DNA from: Actinobacteria bacterium UBA7524
GTDB lineage: Bacteria; Actinomycetota; Coriobacteriia; Anaerosomatales; UBA912
Length of the DNA: 52,933 bases
NCBI GenBank assembly: GCA_002478275.1
Contig: DLMY01000024.1
Span: 1-52,933 of the forward strand
Direction of reading: 5' to 3'
The notes under the pieces: generated by a model
Told to the model about the DNA's origin: nothing
What the model saw: only the letters and a program-made list of their open reading frames with translations
The model's database searches: none
Program-made: the position numbers and the translations under genes
Part shown: positions 38,533 to 47,865 of the stretch, piece by piece
How the letters are laid out: each line of letters begins with the position of its first letter
Position numbering within the stretch: position 1 is the stretch's first letter

Positions 38533-39027
38533 TCAGTAGTCCCAGATCACGCCTCGCTGTTTGATGATGCCCATATCCCGCATCTTCTTCATCATCTCGG
38601 CCTCGGTGACGCCGAACAACCCCGCGAGATATCGGTAGTCGTTGAACCACTTCTGCGCCTGGTCTATGACCATGTAACGCGGTGTAAGCAGCTCGTCCGC
38701 AGCGGTGTCCGCATCGATATGCTGTTCGGCAGCGTCCCGCCCGTAGCTCGCCTCCGGATCGCCGAGGAGAACGATGATATGCCCGACCATGTGGGCGAGT
38801 ATCTTGCGCCTGGTGTACTCGTCTTTCATGGTGTTGATCAGGATGACGGGCAGGCCGTCTTCATTGACCGTCGCTCCCCCGAAGAACATCGGCATCCGCA
38901 CGTCACGGACCGGCACTCCGTAACTCAGGGCGATCTCCTCGATCGGAACAGGCGGCTCGACGACCCCCTTCTCTTTGAGGGCCATCTCCACAAGTCCGCG
39001 GTAGTATGAGTCCGTTCTCAGAGGCAC
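38533..39027 (-). CDS. ImmA/IrrE (Peptidase_M78-like) family protein with degenerate active site
   Basis: PPVPIEEIA, ILIN…RRKILAHMVGHII, ADTAADELLTP and LAGLFGVT..M. AGGAG RBS with GTG start. Confidence 0.8.
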   Translation of the reverse strand: MPLRTDSYYRGLVEMALKEKGVVEPPVPIEEIALSYGVPVRDVRMPMFFGGATVNEDGLPVILINTMKDEYTRRKILAHMVGHIIVLLGDPEASYGRDAAEQHIDADTAADELLTPRYMVIDQAQKWFNDYRYLAGLFGVTEAEMMKKMRDMGIIKQRGVIWDY

Positions 39028-39318
39028 AAGGCTCCTGCGCTTCTCAATTGATGCATCCGTACACCACATGCCGGGACCCTGCCGGCCCGGCGCGAGCCGT
39101 CGACCAGGTGTCTGTCCGCCTTCACTATGGCATCATCAGGTCATATCGGCCTGCGGATACCGTGCTCAACACCCATTCTTGCGCGTTGCGAGCCAAAAAC
39201 AAACACCAGGTGCTCGCGAATCCCGCAACAATAGCCGAATCCGTGTCCGCCATCACGTTACACCGGACGCCGTTCGGCCGATACTTAGCATGTGTACCAC
39301 AGGCGGCAGCCAGAAGGG

Positions 39319-41217
39319 ATGAAGGTGGAGAGCGAAGGACAGCCGTTGGCAGAGGAGCTCGTGAGATTGCTGGCCTCCGCGGCCAACGCCTCACGCCTCT
39401 ATCCTCCGTCGAGCGCCTTACCGGGCGAGGCGATCGACAAGTTCGTGGCGCGCTCCAACGAGATCACCTCAAGTCTCGGTTCGTTGCGCTTCGTGGTGGA
39501 TCCCCGTCAACTCAAGATCGGTGACATCGTGCTGTCGCCCGGGCACGGCCAGGTGACGGCGCTTGCCGAGACGCTACATGCGATGCAGGTCGGACAGCTG
39601 GTGCTCGCACCAGGCGTCACCCGGGATGAGACCCAGGCGTTCGTGCACGTGATCAACTCCGACCCGGTATCGGTGCGCCAGCGCGGCGTCCGCTCCCTTC
39701 TCGTCGGCGCGGGCGTCACGCGCATCGCCGTCATCGAGGTCTCGTTGCGGGCTTCAGGCGAGGAAGGTCTCCTCGGCATCGATCTGACGAGCGCCAGCGC
39801 CGAAGACATCGCCGCAGAGACGGTGGCTTCTGCGGAACGTTGGGCCGAATCGGCCGCACAGGGAATGGGTCACGACGAGATGCTCGAGGCCATCGACCGG
39901 CTCGAGGAGGCCACGCGCGAACTCGCGACTGCCAAGATCAACGAAGCGCTCATGCGCCTGGACGAAGCCACCAGGATCAAGGTCATGTCCCGCTCGCTTG
40001 CAGCGGACTCTGCGGGCGTCCGGATGAAGGGGATGCTCGACGTCGTGGCGCAGATGCAGCCGGCGGCGCTCGCGCGTCTGTTGACACTGGTCGCCCACGA
40101 CGAGGGTACCGAGCCGAGCCGGCTGGCCGGAGTGCTCGACCTGCCGGACGAGATCCTCGGGGAGCTTTCCGCGCTGCTCACGCCTTCGCCCCGCTCCGAG
40201 GAGGACTGCGGTGTGCCTCCGGAAGCGAACGCCGAGGAGATGGCCGATGCGGTGAGTGCTGCCGAGGACACCAGCGACCTGCAGCGTCAGGTGGCGCTCG
40301 CATCTCCCGCGCTTGCCGCGGGGCGCGCACTGGCCACCACGGTCGCCATCTCGAGAGGCGCTCCGACCCCTGAGTCCGTTCGTGCAATCGGAGAGGCGCT
40401 GCCGCAAGCAGCGCGAGACGGAGCATTCGAGCCGGTTCGGGAAGCCCTGCGACGCCTCGACGAGATGGGCGCCGACCCGTCGCTCGCACTGGAGATAGAG
40501 CAGGCACGCGCCCAACTTCAAGACGAAGCCGTCTTGCACGATGTCTGTCTGGCTCCCATGACGGACGCCGCCGCGGCGATGGCCGGAGAGGTGCTCAAGG
40601 TCGCCGGAGCCTCAGGTGCCGAGGCCTTGCTGTCCTTCTACCTCACTGCCGATGAACAGAGGCGCTCCCTGTTCGGTCCGGTGGTTCGCAGCATGGGCGA
40701 ACCGCTGCTCTCGGCCGCGAGCCGACGTATCCGTACGGGAGACTCCGAGACGGTCACGGGGATAGTCCAGATGTTGCCGCTTCTGGGCGACAAACGTGCG
40801 ATACCCATCATCACGCAGGCGCTTCAGAACCTGGATGCGCAGGTCAGAAGGGCTGCTGTGAGCGCCTTGGCGGACCTGCCCGGCGGTGAGGGTAAGCCGG
40901 CCCTGGCCGCGGCGGTCTCCCACTGGGACCCGGCCACACAGCGATTCGTGATCCGCGAGATAGGTCGCGTGCACGTGACTGAAGCGGTTCCTGCTCTCAT
41001 TAGGATCCTGGAAGATATAAACTTCCTAGAGAGGAACCACGAACTCAAGAAAGAAGTCATCAACAGCCTCGAGTCGCTCGGGTCCGCTTCGGCGCGAAAG
41101 GCCCTGCGGCGATGGGCCGGCAGGCGTTTCGTTTTCGGTAGTAAGAACAAGGAGTTGCGCTATCTGGCTCGCCGCGCTCTGGCGAACCTGCCCAAAGACG
41201 AGCGCGGCGACGAGTAG
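39319..41217 (+). CDS. HEAT-repeat protein with an uncharacterised N-terminal domain
   Basis: C-terminal PBS/HEAT-like repeats (LGDKRAIPIITQAL..DAQVRRAAVSALA; EAVPALIRIL; A.ESLGS). Confidence 0.85.
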   Translation: MKVESEGQPLAEELVRLLASAANASRLYPPSSALPGEAIDKFVARSNEITSSLGSLRFVVDPRQLKIGDIVLSPGHGQVTALAETLHAMQVGQLVLAPGVTRDETQAFVHVINSDPVSVRQRGVRSLLVGAGVTRIAVIEVSLRASGEEGLLGIDLTSASAEDIAAETVASAERWAESAAQGMGHDEMLEAIDRLEEATRELATAKINEALMRLDEATRIKVMSRSLAADSAGVRMKGMLDVVAQMQPAALARLLTLVAHDEGTEPSRLAGVLDLPDEILGELSALLTPSPRSEEDCGVPPEANAEEMADAVSAAEDTSDLQRQVALASPALAAGRALATTVAISRGAPTPESVRAIGEALPQAARDGAFEPVREALRRLDEMGADPSLALEIEQARAQLQDEAVLHDVCLAPMTDAAAAMAGEVLKVAGASGAEALLSFYLTADEQRRSLFGPVVRSMGEPLLSAASRRIRTGDSETVTGIVQMLPLLGDKRAIPIITQALQNLDAQVRRAAVSALADLPGGEGKPALAAAVSHWDPATQRFVIREIGRVHVTEAVPALIRILEDINFLERNHELKKEVINSLESLGSASARKALRRWAGRRFVFGSKNKELRYLARRALANLPKDERGDE

Positions 41218-41231
41218 GGAGTCGATGTAAC

Positions 41232-42716
41232 GTGACTGACGCCACCAACGGACCGATGGAAGACAGGCTCGAGACCGCCGAGGAGATCGCAGCTCAGACG
41301 AGCGACTCGGCCAAGGTCCCGTTCTCGACCCCCGGCAAACTCGCACGCGCGAAGGAACTCGTCCGTGCGCTCGCGGTCGCCCACACCAACTCGCAACTCT
41401 ATCCCGTCACGCATCCCCTGCTGGCGCAGTCGATGGAAGACCTCGTCAATGCGGTAGGGAGTCTGGGGGAGCTTGGCTTCGAAACAGTGGCGGTCAACCT
41501 CTACAAGGGCACGCTGTTCGTGGAGAACCAGGTCTTTCCCGAGGAGAGCGTGACGTACAGCAAGCTAGTCGATGAGTTCCTCGGCAGAGGCATCTCCGCA
41601 GTGACGTTCCTTGACGCCTTCTCGGTGCAGGACGCCACGGGGCTGGTGAACCTGCTCGCCGACACGAAGGTCAGTGATATCGAAGCCGCCAGGATCTATC
41701 TCGAGCAGCAAGGGGTGTCCCACCTGACCGTGGCCGAGACGACCACGTTCGACGAGACCGACAAGGAGGCCCAGCGCAAGGAGAACAAGGCGAAGGCTCG
41801 CGAAGTCTATGACGCGGGCGTGTCGGTCATGCATGATGTGGAGACCCAGGTCAAACTCGGGAAGGTGTTCGAGGCCGAGCCGCTGCAGAACGTCGTCAAC
41901 TCCGTTCTGGAGAGTCTGTTCCACGACCCCGCCGCGGTGCTCGGATTGACGGCGATCAAGAGCCACGACGATTACACTCTCAACCACGCCATCAACGTCT
42001 GTATCCTCTCGCTGTCACTGGGAGCGTCGCTGGGACTGGACAGCGATTCACTGCGCTCGCTCGGGCTCTCGGCGCTCCTCTACGACCTGGGCAAGGTCAG
42101 GATCCCGGACGATATCCTCAACAAGCAGGGTCCGTTGACGAGCGATGAGTGGCAGGTGGTGAAAAGCCACGTCACCGAGGGTGCGGATCTCCTCAAGCGA
42201 ATCCAGCTCGTCGACAAGATGCCGATGGTCGTGGCGTACGAGCATCACATCCGTCATGACATGCAAGGCTATCCCGATGACGGCCCCGTGCAGGAGCAGC
42301 ACCTGTTCAGTAAGATCGTGGCGCTGTCCGACGCCTACGACGCCATGACCACCCGCAGGCCGTTTCGCAGGGAGATCAGGCCTGACAAGGCGCTCGCGGT
42401 ACTCATGCAGGGGCGTGGCAAAGCGTACGACCCATCGCTGACCAAAGCACTGGTCGCGATGCTCGGCATCTACCCGATGGGGGCGGTCGTCCGGCTTGAC
42501 GACGGGTCGCTGGCGATAGTGTTCAGGGTCAACAACGACGACCTTCTCCATCCTCGCGTGAAGGTGCTCGCCGACAAGGACGGACGTTGGTTCAGTGAAC
42601 CGGACGTCCTCGATTTGCGTATCGTCGATCCGGAGACCGGTCAACACACCAGGATGATCTCGGAGTGTATCCCGGCCGCGGATGCGGGGATCGATGACGT
42701 CTGGCAGTACCTTTAG
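41232..42716 (+). CDS. HD-GYP domain protein (HD changed to YD) with N-terminal domain shared with the upstream HEAT protein
   Basis: DYTLNHAINV, LLYDLGK.RIP..ILNK.G.LT..EW, HH…GYP and DAYDAMTT.RPFR. Confidence 0.9.
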   Translation: MTDATNGPMEDRLETAEEIAAQTSDSAKVPFSTPGKLARAKELVRALAVAHTNSQLYPVTHPLLAQSMEDLVNAVGSLGELGFETVAVNLYKGTLFVENQVFPEESVTYSKLVDEFLGRGISAVTFLDAFSVQDATGLVNLLADTKVSDIEAARIYLEQQGVSHLTVAETTTFDETDKEAQRKENKAKAREVYDAGVSVMHDVETQVKLGKVFEAEPLQNVVNSVLESLFHDPAAVLGLTAIKSHDDYTLNHAINVCILSLSLGASLGLDSDSLRSLGLSALLYDLGKVRIPDDILNKQGPLTSDEWQVVKSHVTEGADLLKRIQLVDKMPMVVAYEHHIRHDMQGYPDDGPVQEQHLFSKIVALSDAYDAMTTRRPFRREIRPDKALAVLMQGRGKAYDPSLTKALVAMLGIYPMGAVVRLDDGSLAIVFRVNNDDLLHPRVKVLADKDGRWFSEPDVLDLRIVDPETGQHTRMISECIPAADAGIDDVWQYL

Positions 42717-42728
42717 ACTCTCGCCGCA

Positions 42729-44024
42729 CTACGGAGCGGTCGCGGTGGGTTCTGCTGGCATGACGGGTTCGATCGCCACGGTCGGCGCAGCCGACAACGG
42801 ATCGCCGAAGTGGCGCCAGTAGATCATCCAGAACGACATGTTCCCGCGCAGGTGCGGGGTGTACTTGTACAGCGAGTACGTCGAGGAGTTCACCGGACGG
42901 ACAGTGCTGCCACTGATCGTCATCTCGATCCCCGGCTTCCAGGGCGCGGCGTTCTTGTCCAGGACGCGCGCACCGTGCCAGATCTGATTACCCAGGCCCT
43001 GGTACTGGGGAAGCGTACGGCTGTCCATCTTCCCACACCCCATCGCCCAGTCGTACGCGTACTGTGTCGGGCTCCGGTTCGAAAGCAGTGACTGCTCCTT
43101 CTGCAGCTTCACCAGGATGACCTTGGGGCTGATGTTCCAGGCCTGAGCGGCGTCCACCACCATCTGCGCGACGCTCTTGACCTCGCCGTTGTGGTCTGCG
43201 GCCCTGTACGTCGCCAGGGTGCCGGTCTGGCGCTCGAGGAAGCCCTGCACCTGCGCGAGGTCCATCGAGTCAGCTGCACGGAAGTTCGCATCGCTGATGA
43301 TCATGTCCGGGTTGAACTCGCCGTCGGGACGGGAACCGCCAGCCTGATACGCCGCCGCAGCAGCGGCGGCAGCGGCGGCCTGGCGCATCATCTCCGCGAT
43401 GTCAGCGCCGATCTCCTGGGCTCGCAGCTCCTGAGCCTCGATGTCCGCTTCGATCTGCTCGCGGGTTTGATCAGCCTGCTCCTGCAGCTCGATGAGATAA
43501 CGCTCGCGATCGCTCAGACTCTGGTGCAGCCAGTCACTCTCGTTCCTCGCCAGCCGCATCTCCCGCATCATCCGGGTATCGCGCTCGTTTATGATCGATA
43601 CGTACTTGTACCGCACGAACAACTCGCCTACGGACTTCGCGTCGAGCAACAGCGCGAACAGCCCTTCACGCTCGCCGCGGTACAGCTCGACAGCGCGTGC
43701 GAGAGCAGCCTCCTGCTTGGCGATGAGTTCCGCGTCGACCTGCACGATCTGCTGTTCTACCTCCGCCATCTCCACGCGAGTGCGCTCGAGTCTACGGCCG
43801 ATGCGGACGTACTCGGCGACCTTGGCGGCGAGCGCCTCACGCATGAGCTCGAGCTCGGCCAGGGCGGTTCTCTCCTCGGCCTTCTTCTGCTCGATGGCCG
43901 AAGACGTAGGTGCCGGAGTCGCCGGGGCGAAAGCTGGTACGGGAAGAAGGGTCGCCAGCATCGTGGCCGTCGCGATCGCGGCCACGACAGCGTGCCTGGT
44001 CCTGCTTACGCCGTTCGCTGCCAC
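42729..44024 (-). CDS. Secreted PcsB/CwlO-like coiled-coil protein with a putative lysozyme-like C-terminal domain
   Basis: Signal peptide, long coiled coil, poly-Ala linker, then FNPDMIISD…ISPKVILVKLQKEQSL…AMGCG…NQI…LYKYTPH…FW.IY..FGDP. AGGAGG RBS with GTG start. Confidence 0.75.
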   Translation of the reverse strand: MAANGVSRTRHAVVAAIATATMLATLLPVPAFAPATPAPTSSAIEQKKAEERTALAELELMREALAAKVAEYVRIGRRLERTRVEMAEVEQQIVQVDAELIAKQEAALARAVELYRGEREGLFALLLDAKSVGELFVRYKYVSIINERDTRMMREMRLARNESDWLHQSLSDRERYLIELQEQADQTREQIEADIEAQELRAQEIGADIAEMMRQAAAAAAAAAAYQAGGSRPDGEFNPDMIISDANFRAADSMDLAQVQGFLERQTGTLATYRAADHNGEVKSVAQMVVDAAQAWNISPKVILVKLQKEQSLLSNRSPTQYAYDWAMGCGKMDSRTLPQYQGLGNQIWHGARVLDKNAAPWKPGIEMTISGSTVRPVNSSTYSLYKYTPHLRGNMSFWMIYWRHFGDPLSAAPTVAIEPVMPAEPTATAP

Positions 44025-44158
44025 TGCGCCTCCTGGGCATCCGGGCGATCTCCCGGAGCTCGGCAGGTGGATACTCATTCTACCAGCTCATAACGATAGC
44101 ACGTTCCAGGCCACGTGCGGCTTTCAGGGGATCCCGTGGGTGTCGCGGGACATGCGAA

Positions 44159-44187
44159 GGGGCCGGACCTCTCTTGGGTCCGGCCCC
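44159..44187 (-). terminator. Terminator hairpin after tRNA-Phe
   Basis: GGGGCCGGACC-N7-GGTCCGGCCCC, 11-bp stem. Confidence 0.7.
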
Positions 44188-44197
44188 CGATATCCTG

Positions 44198-44273
44198 TGG
44201 TGGCCAGAGACGGACTTGAACCGCCGACACGCGGATTTTCAATCCGCTGCTCTACCATCTGAGCTACCTGGCC
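44198..44273 (-). tRNA. tRNA-Phe(GAA)
   Basis: GGCCAGGTAGCTCAGATGGTAGAGCAGCGGATTGAAAATCCGCGTGTCGGCGGTTCAAGTCCGTCTCTGGCCACCA; TTGACC-N17-TAGTAT promoter. Confidence 0.97.
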
Positions 44274-44343
44274 GGGATGGTGCCGCACCATACTACCGAC
44301 ACGCTCTGGACCGGTCAAGGAGTGCCAGGTGCTTGACGGCAGG

Positions 44344-46188
44344 TCAGGGCAGCAGCTGTCCAATCTGAGTCTTGACGCTTTCGGTCACCGCGACCGCCCC
44401 GCCAAAGAGCATCGCGTGATTCACGCTTGCGGCGTTCGTCTCGAGTGCCGTCTTCGTGGAACCGGGCACCGAAGCTGGCCTGGTGAGCAACAGAACCCCG
44501 CCGCGACTCCCGCAAGCCGCCCCGCCGGACAAAGCGTCGGGGAAGTTAGCGCCTGTGGCCAGGCCGACGAACCCGAAGTCGCCCCATCCGCGACCGACAG
44601 CGTGGCCGGCGAGCTGACTGGCCGTCTCGTAGCGGTCGCGTCCGGCGATCCTCGTAGCCGCGAAGCCGCCATTAAGAGACTCCAGTGCGGTCTCGACCGT
44701 CGCTTGCACTGCAGTAGTACCACCCACGATGGTGACATCGGTGATGTTCTTGCCGTCGATGAAGCTCTGAGTGTGCTTGTTCAGACTCCCCGGACGTGTG
44801 AGCAGGATCGGTGTCCCTTGAGAATATGCGAACGGCGAGGCTGCAAGCGCATCGGCGAAGTCATCGCCACGCACCACGAACGCTGCGCCCGGGGTTCCCT
44901 TGAGCCTCGTGATCTCGTCAGCCACCTTGCGCGCTGTCTCGTATCGGTCCGCGCCGGCGATGCGAGTGACGGTGTGGCCGAACCAGTCAAGCATCCAGTC
45001 GACCTCGTCGCTGACGGCCGAGTATCCGCCGACTACATAACACTTCTGCACGCCAAGGCGGTCCAGCTCGTTCAAGAACGCCAAGTACGTGTCCCAACTG
45101 GCGTTCTCCTTGGGCGCGAGCAGCAACGGAGCGTCGAGAGCCCCGGCCAATCCCGATGCCGCCAACGCATCGGCGAATCCAGCTCCCGTTGCTATGACCG
45201 CATGGTCGGCAGTGGCGAAGTTGGCCTTTGAGGTCTCATAGGAGGTCGTGTACCGGTTCGCGCCCGAAACGCGAGAGACCTTCGGCGAGGCGGTCGACCA
45301 TGTCAACGAGTAGGAGCCGTCGGTGATTCCGGCGCTCACCTCGGCGAAGACGCGGCCCTGACCTCCCGGCGGGCAATGGTAGACGATCGTCTCCGACGAG
45401 GTGCCCTCGGTGATCGAGTACTTGACCGGTGACTGACTCCACGCTGAGGTGCTGCCGGCCTGATACAGGTACAGGTCGAATCCACCTTCACCGAACATGG
45501 TCCCGCTGGGGCCCGTGAGGATCAGGGTCAGCTCCTGGTCCACATCGACGTCGAACCCATATACGTCGCTCGGGTCATCGCGCCAATTCAGCGTCCCGCT
45601 TGTGCTGCCGTTGGACGTGCCGGGCACGTTCGCACCAGGGATGTCGTCGTCCCCTGCGAGTGTATGCTTCCGCCATGCGACCGTGTAGCTGCCCGCGTAG
45701 TCGGACCAGAGGTTGAGAACGGCGATGTAGTAGGTTCCCGTGTCAGCAGCGTATCCGCTCATGCGCTGACTCGTGTAGGTGACATCCGTTCCGAAAGCGA
45801 CCACCGCGTCCTCCCACACACTCGTCGATCCGGGAGGCAGCATGGCGAGCAGAAGGTAGGACGTCGACGGCATGGTCAACTCGACGGTGAACAACTCGCC
45901 CTGGTTCAAGTCGACGCTATACACATCGATAGGCGGTATCCCCGAGAAGTCCTCGCTCGGAGTGAACTTCGACGCTGTCCTGCTGAAGGGCGACGCCGGT
46001 ATCGGTTCGCCGGGAATCTCCGACACGAGAGCGCCGACCGTGTTCGTCGAAATCCCAGTCGCACTCCTGATGGAGTCTCTGTCCGGGTTCGACCAGGGCG
46101 CCGCTCCGGCGACGATCGGTTGCGCCAATAGCATGACGGCGAGAGCCGCTACGAGCGCGCGAGTGCGCAAAGAAGACACAGAAGCCAT
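44344..46188 (-). CDS. Cell-wall binding repeat 2 (CWB2) surface protein with two PPC-like domains
   Basis: Signal peptide; two beta domains (DVY…L…GTYYI; DVY…FDLYLY…); three repeats of G.[DN]RY.T…DAL…[IL]LL. Confidence 0.88.
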   Translation of the reverse strand: MASVSSLRTRALVAALAVMLLAQPIVAGAAPWSNPDRDSIRSATGISTNTVGALVSEIPGEPIPASPFSRTASKFTPSEDFSGIPPIDVYSVDLNQGELFTVELTMPSTSYLLLAMLPPGSTSVWEDAVVAFGTDVTYTSQRMSGYAADTGTYYIAVLNLWSDYAGSYTVAWRKHTLAGDDDIPGANVPGTSNGSTSGTLNWRDDPSDVYGFDVDVDQELTLILTGPSGTMFGEGGFDLYLYQAGSTSAWSQSPVKYSITEGTSSETIVYHCPPGGQGRVFAEVSAGITDGSYSLTWSTASPKVSRVSGANRYTTSYETSKANFATADHAVIATGAGFADALAASGLAGALDAPLLLAPKENASWDTYLAFLNELDRLGVQKCYVVGGYSAVSDEVDWMLDWFGHTVTRIAGADRYETARKVADEITRLKGTPGAAFVVRGDDFADALAASPFAYSQGTPILLTRPGSLNKHTQSFIDGKNITDVTIVGGTTAVQATVETALESLNGGFAATRIAGRDRYETASQLAGHAVGRGWGDFGFVGLATGANFPDALSGGAACGSRGGVLLLTRPASVPGSTKTALETNAASVNHAMLFGGAVAVTESVKTQIGQLLP

Positions 46189-46347
46189 ACCGAACCCCTC
46201 TCAGGAAGAATCGTGCACGGCCCCGCGCATGAATCACGCTGATCACGCCTGAACCGGACGCACCCCATCACTTCACCGATTGTGGCCGAGGAAGGCGTTC
46301 CTGTCCATGCAGCCCAGCGGCGAGCCGAAGTACGGGGGTGGCGACCT

Positions 46348-47790
46348 CTACGGTATGAGAGCCTCCACCTGAGTCCGGACCTCCTCGGAGAGTACGGCCG
46401 TCCCACCGAAGACCAAGGCTTGCGTCCCAGGGGACGCCTTCTGCCCGAGTAATCCGGAGACGGGTGTCGAGAGCGCGGCCGGGCGCGTCAGCAACAGCGC
46501 CCCGCCTCCCCTCATACCGCACGCCGCCCCGCCCGAGAGCGCGTCCGGGAAGTTCACGCCGGTCGCGATGCCGAACCGCTCCCAGCTGCCCCACCCGCGC
46601 TCGTCGACCGAGTAGCGCGCCACCTCCACGGCCGTCGCATATCTGTCAGACCCGGCCTTGCGATCCACCTGAGTCGCACCGCCGTTCAACGTCCGGAGGC
46701 TCGATTCGACCGACGGACCGACCGCGGCGGTACCGCCGGCGATGACGACGTCCGTCACATCCCGAGCCTCTATGAACGTGGCCGCCTGTGCGTGCAGGCT
46801 GGATGTCCTGGTGAGCAGCACCGGTATAGAGCGATGGTACGCGTATGGCGCGACCGCCAGGGCATCGGCGAAGTCATCGCCCCTGACAACGAACGCCTGA
46901 GTGACGTTCCCTGTGCGCTGACGGGTCTCCTCGGCGACAAGACGGGCCGTCTCGTAGCGATCGCGACCACCGATGCGTTTCGCGGATGTGACGAACTGCG
47001 AGTTGTTCTCGATCTGGCCGAAGACGAAATCGTTGACGGCCGAGCTACCACCGACCACGAGCACGGTCTTCGCGCGCAGGCGAGTAAGCTCACGCTGAAA
47101 CGCGACCAGGCGCGTGTCGCCACTGTTCGTCGCAGGCGGTGCGAGAAGGACCGGGCCGTCCACGGCGCCAGCCAGACTCGCGGCCGCAAGAGCGTCAGGG
47201 AAGCCGGCGCCGCTCGCGACGACAACCGTGTCGGCGGTCGTGAAGCTGCTCCGGCTTATCGCGTAGGAGGTCCGGTAGCGGTCGGCGCCGGACAGGCGCG
47301 GAGCCTTCGGGAAGTAGTGGGAGAACGTGAGCGTATACGCTCCCGAGCCCTGGAACGTCGAGACCTCGATGTAGTAGGTCCCGCCGCCCCCAGGCGGGAT
47401 GAGGACGCCTATCGACTCGCCGGAAGTGGACGGGGTCGCCGAGGCGGCCACCAGATAGTGGTCCTCCGGAGGCGCTGTAGGCGTAGCGGTCTCGGACAAG
47501 ACGACGTCAGTCGAGTAGAGTTCGAGGTCGAAATCGGTGCCCGCAGGGCCGGTCAGGGTGAACTGGGCCCACATGTCCTCGGTCAGGATGACCTGATAGC
47601 GATCGTGGAAGTCCGTACCGTAGGTGAGTGTGCCGGGCTGCGTGCCGCTGGCATGCAGAACGGGGGCATCAACGAAGGTGTCGTCATCTGCCGCGATGGC
47701 TGCGGGTGCGCCTGACGCGATCCAGAGCGCCCAGACCAGAGCGAACGCCGTGAGGCGGCGGAACGGCGACTTCAGCAACATCGGCAACAT
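46348..47790 (-). CDS. CWB2 surface protein with one PPC-like domain
   Basis: Signal peptide; LTGPAGTDFDLELY…GTYYIEV..F.GSGAYTL; three CWB2 repeats. Confidence 0.88.
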   Translation of the reverse strand: MLPMLLKSPFRRLTAFALVWALWIASGAPAAIAADDDTFVDAPVLHASGTQPGTLTYGTDFHDRYQVILTEDMWAQFTLTGPAGTDFDLELYSTDVVLSETATPTAPPEDHYLVAASATPSTSGESIGVLIPPGGGGTYYIEVSTFQGSGAYTLTFSHYFPKAPRLSGADRYRTSYAISRSSFTTADTVVVASGAGFPDALAAASLAGAVDGPVLLAPPATNSGDTRLVAFQRELTRLRAKTVLVVGGSSAVNDFVFGQIENNSQFVTSAKRIGGRDRYETARLVAEETRQRTGNVTQAFVVRGDDFADALAVAPYAYHRSIPVLLTRTSSLHAQAATFIEARDVTDVVIAGGTAAVGPSVESSLRTLNGGATQVDRKAGSDRYATAVEVARYSVDERGWGSWERFGIATGVNFPDALSGGAACGMRGGGALLLTRPAALSTPVSGLLGQKASPGTQALVFGGTAVLSEEVRTQVEALIP

Positions 47791-47865
47791 ACCTCTCTCG
47801 CTGTCAGGTCCTCACAGTGGCCATGGTCCGGGTCCGCTGCGGGGTTTGTCTCTCCTCGGCAGGTA

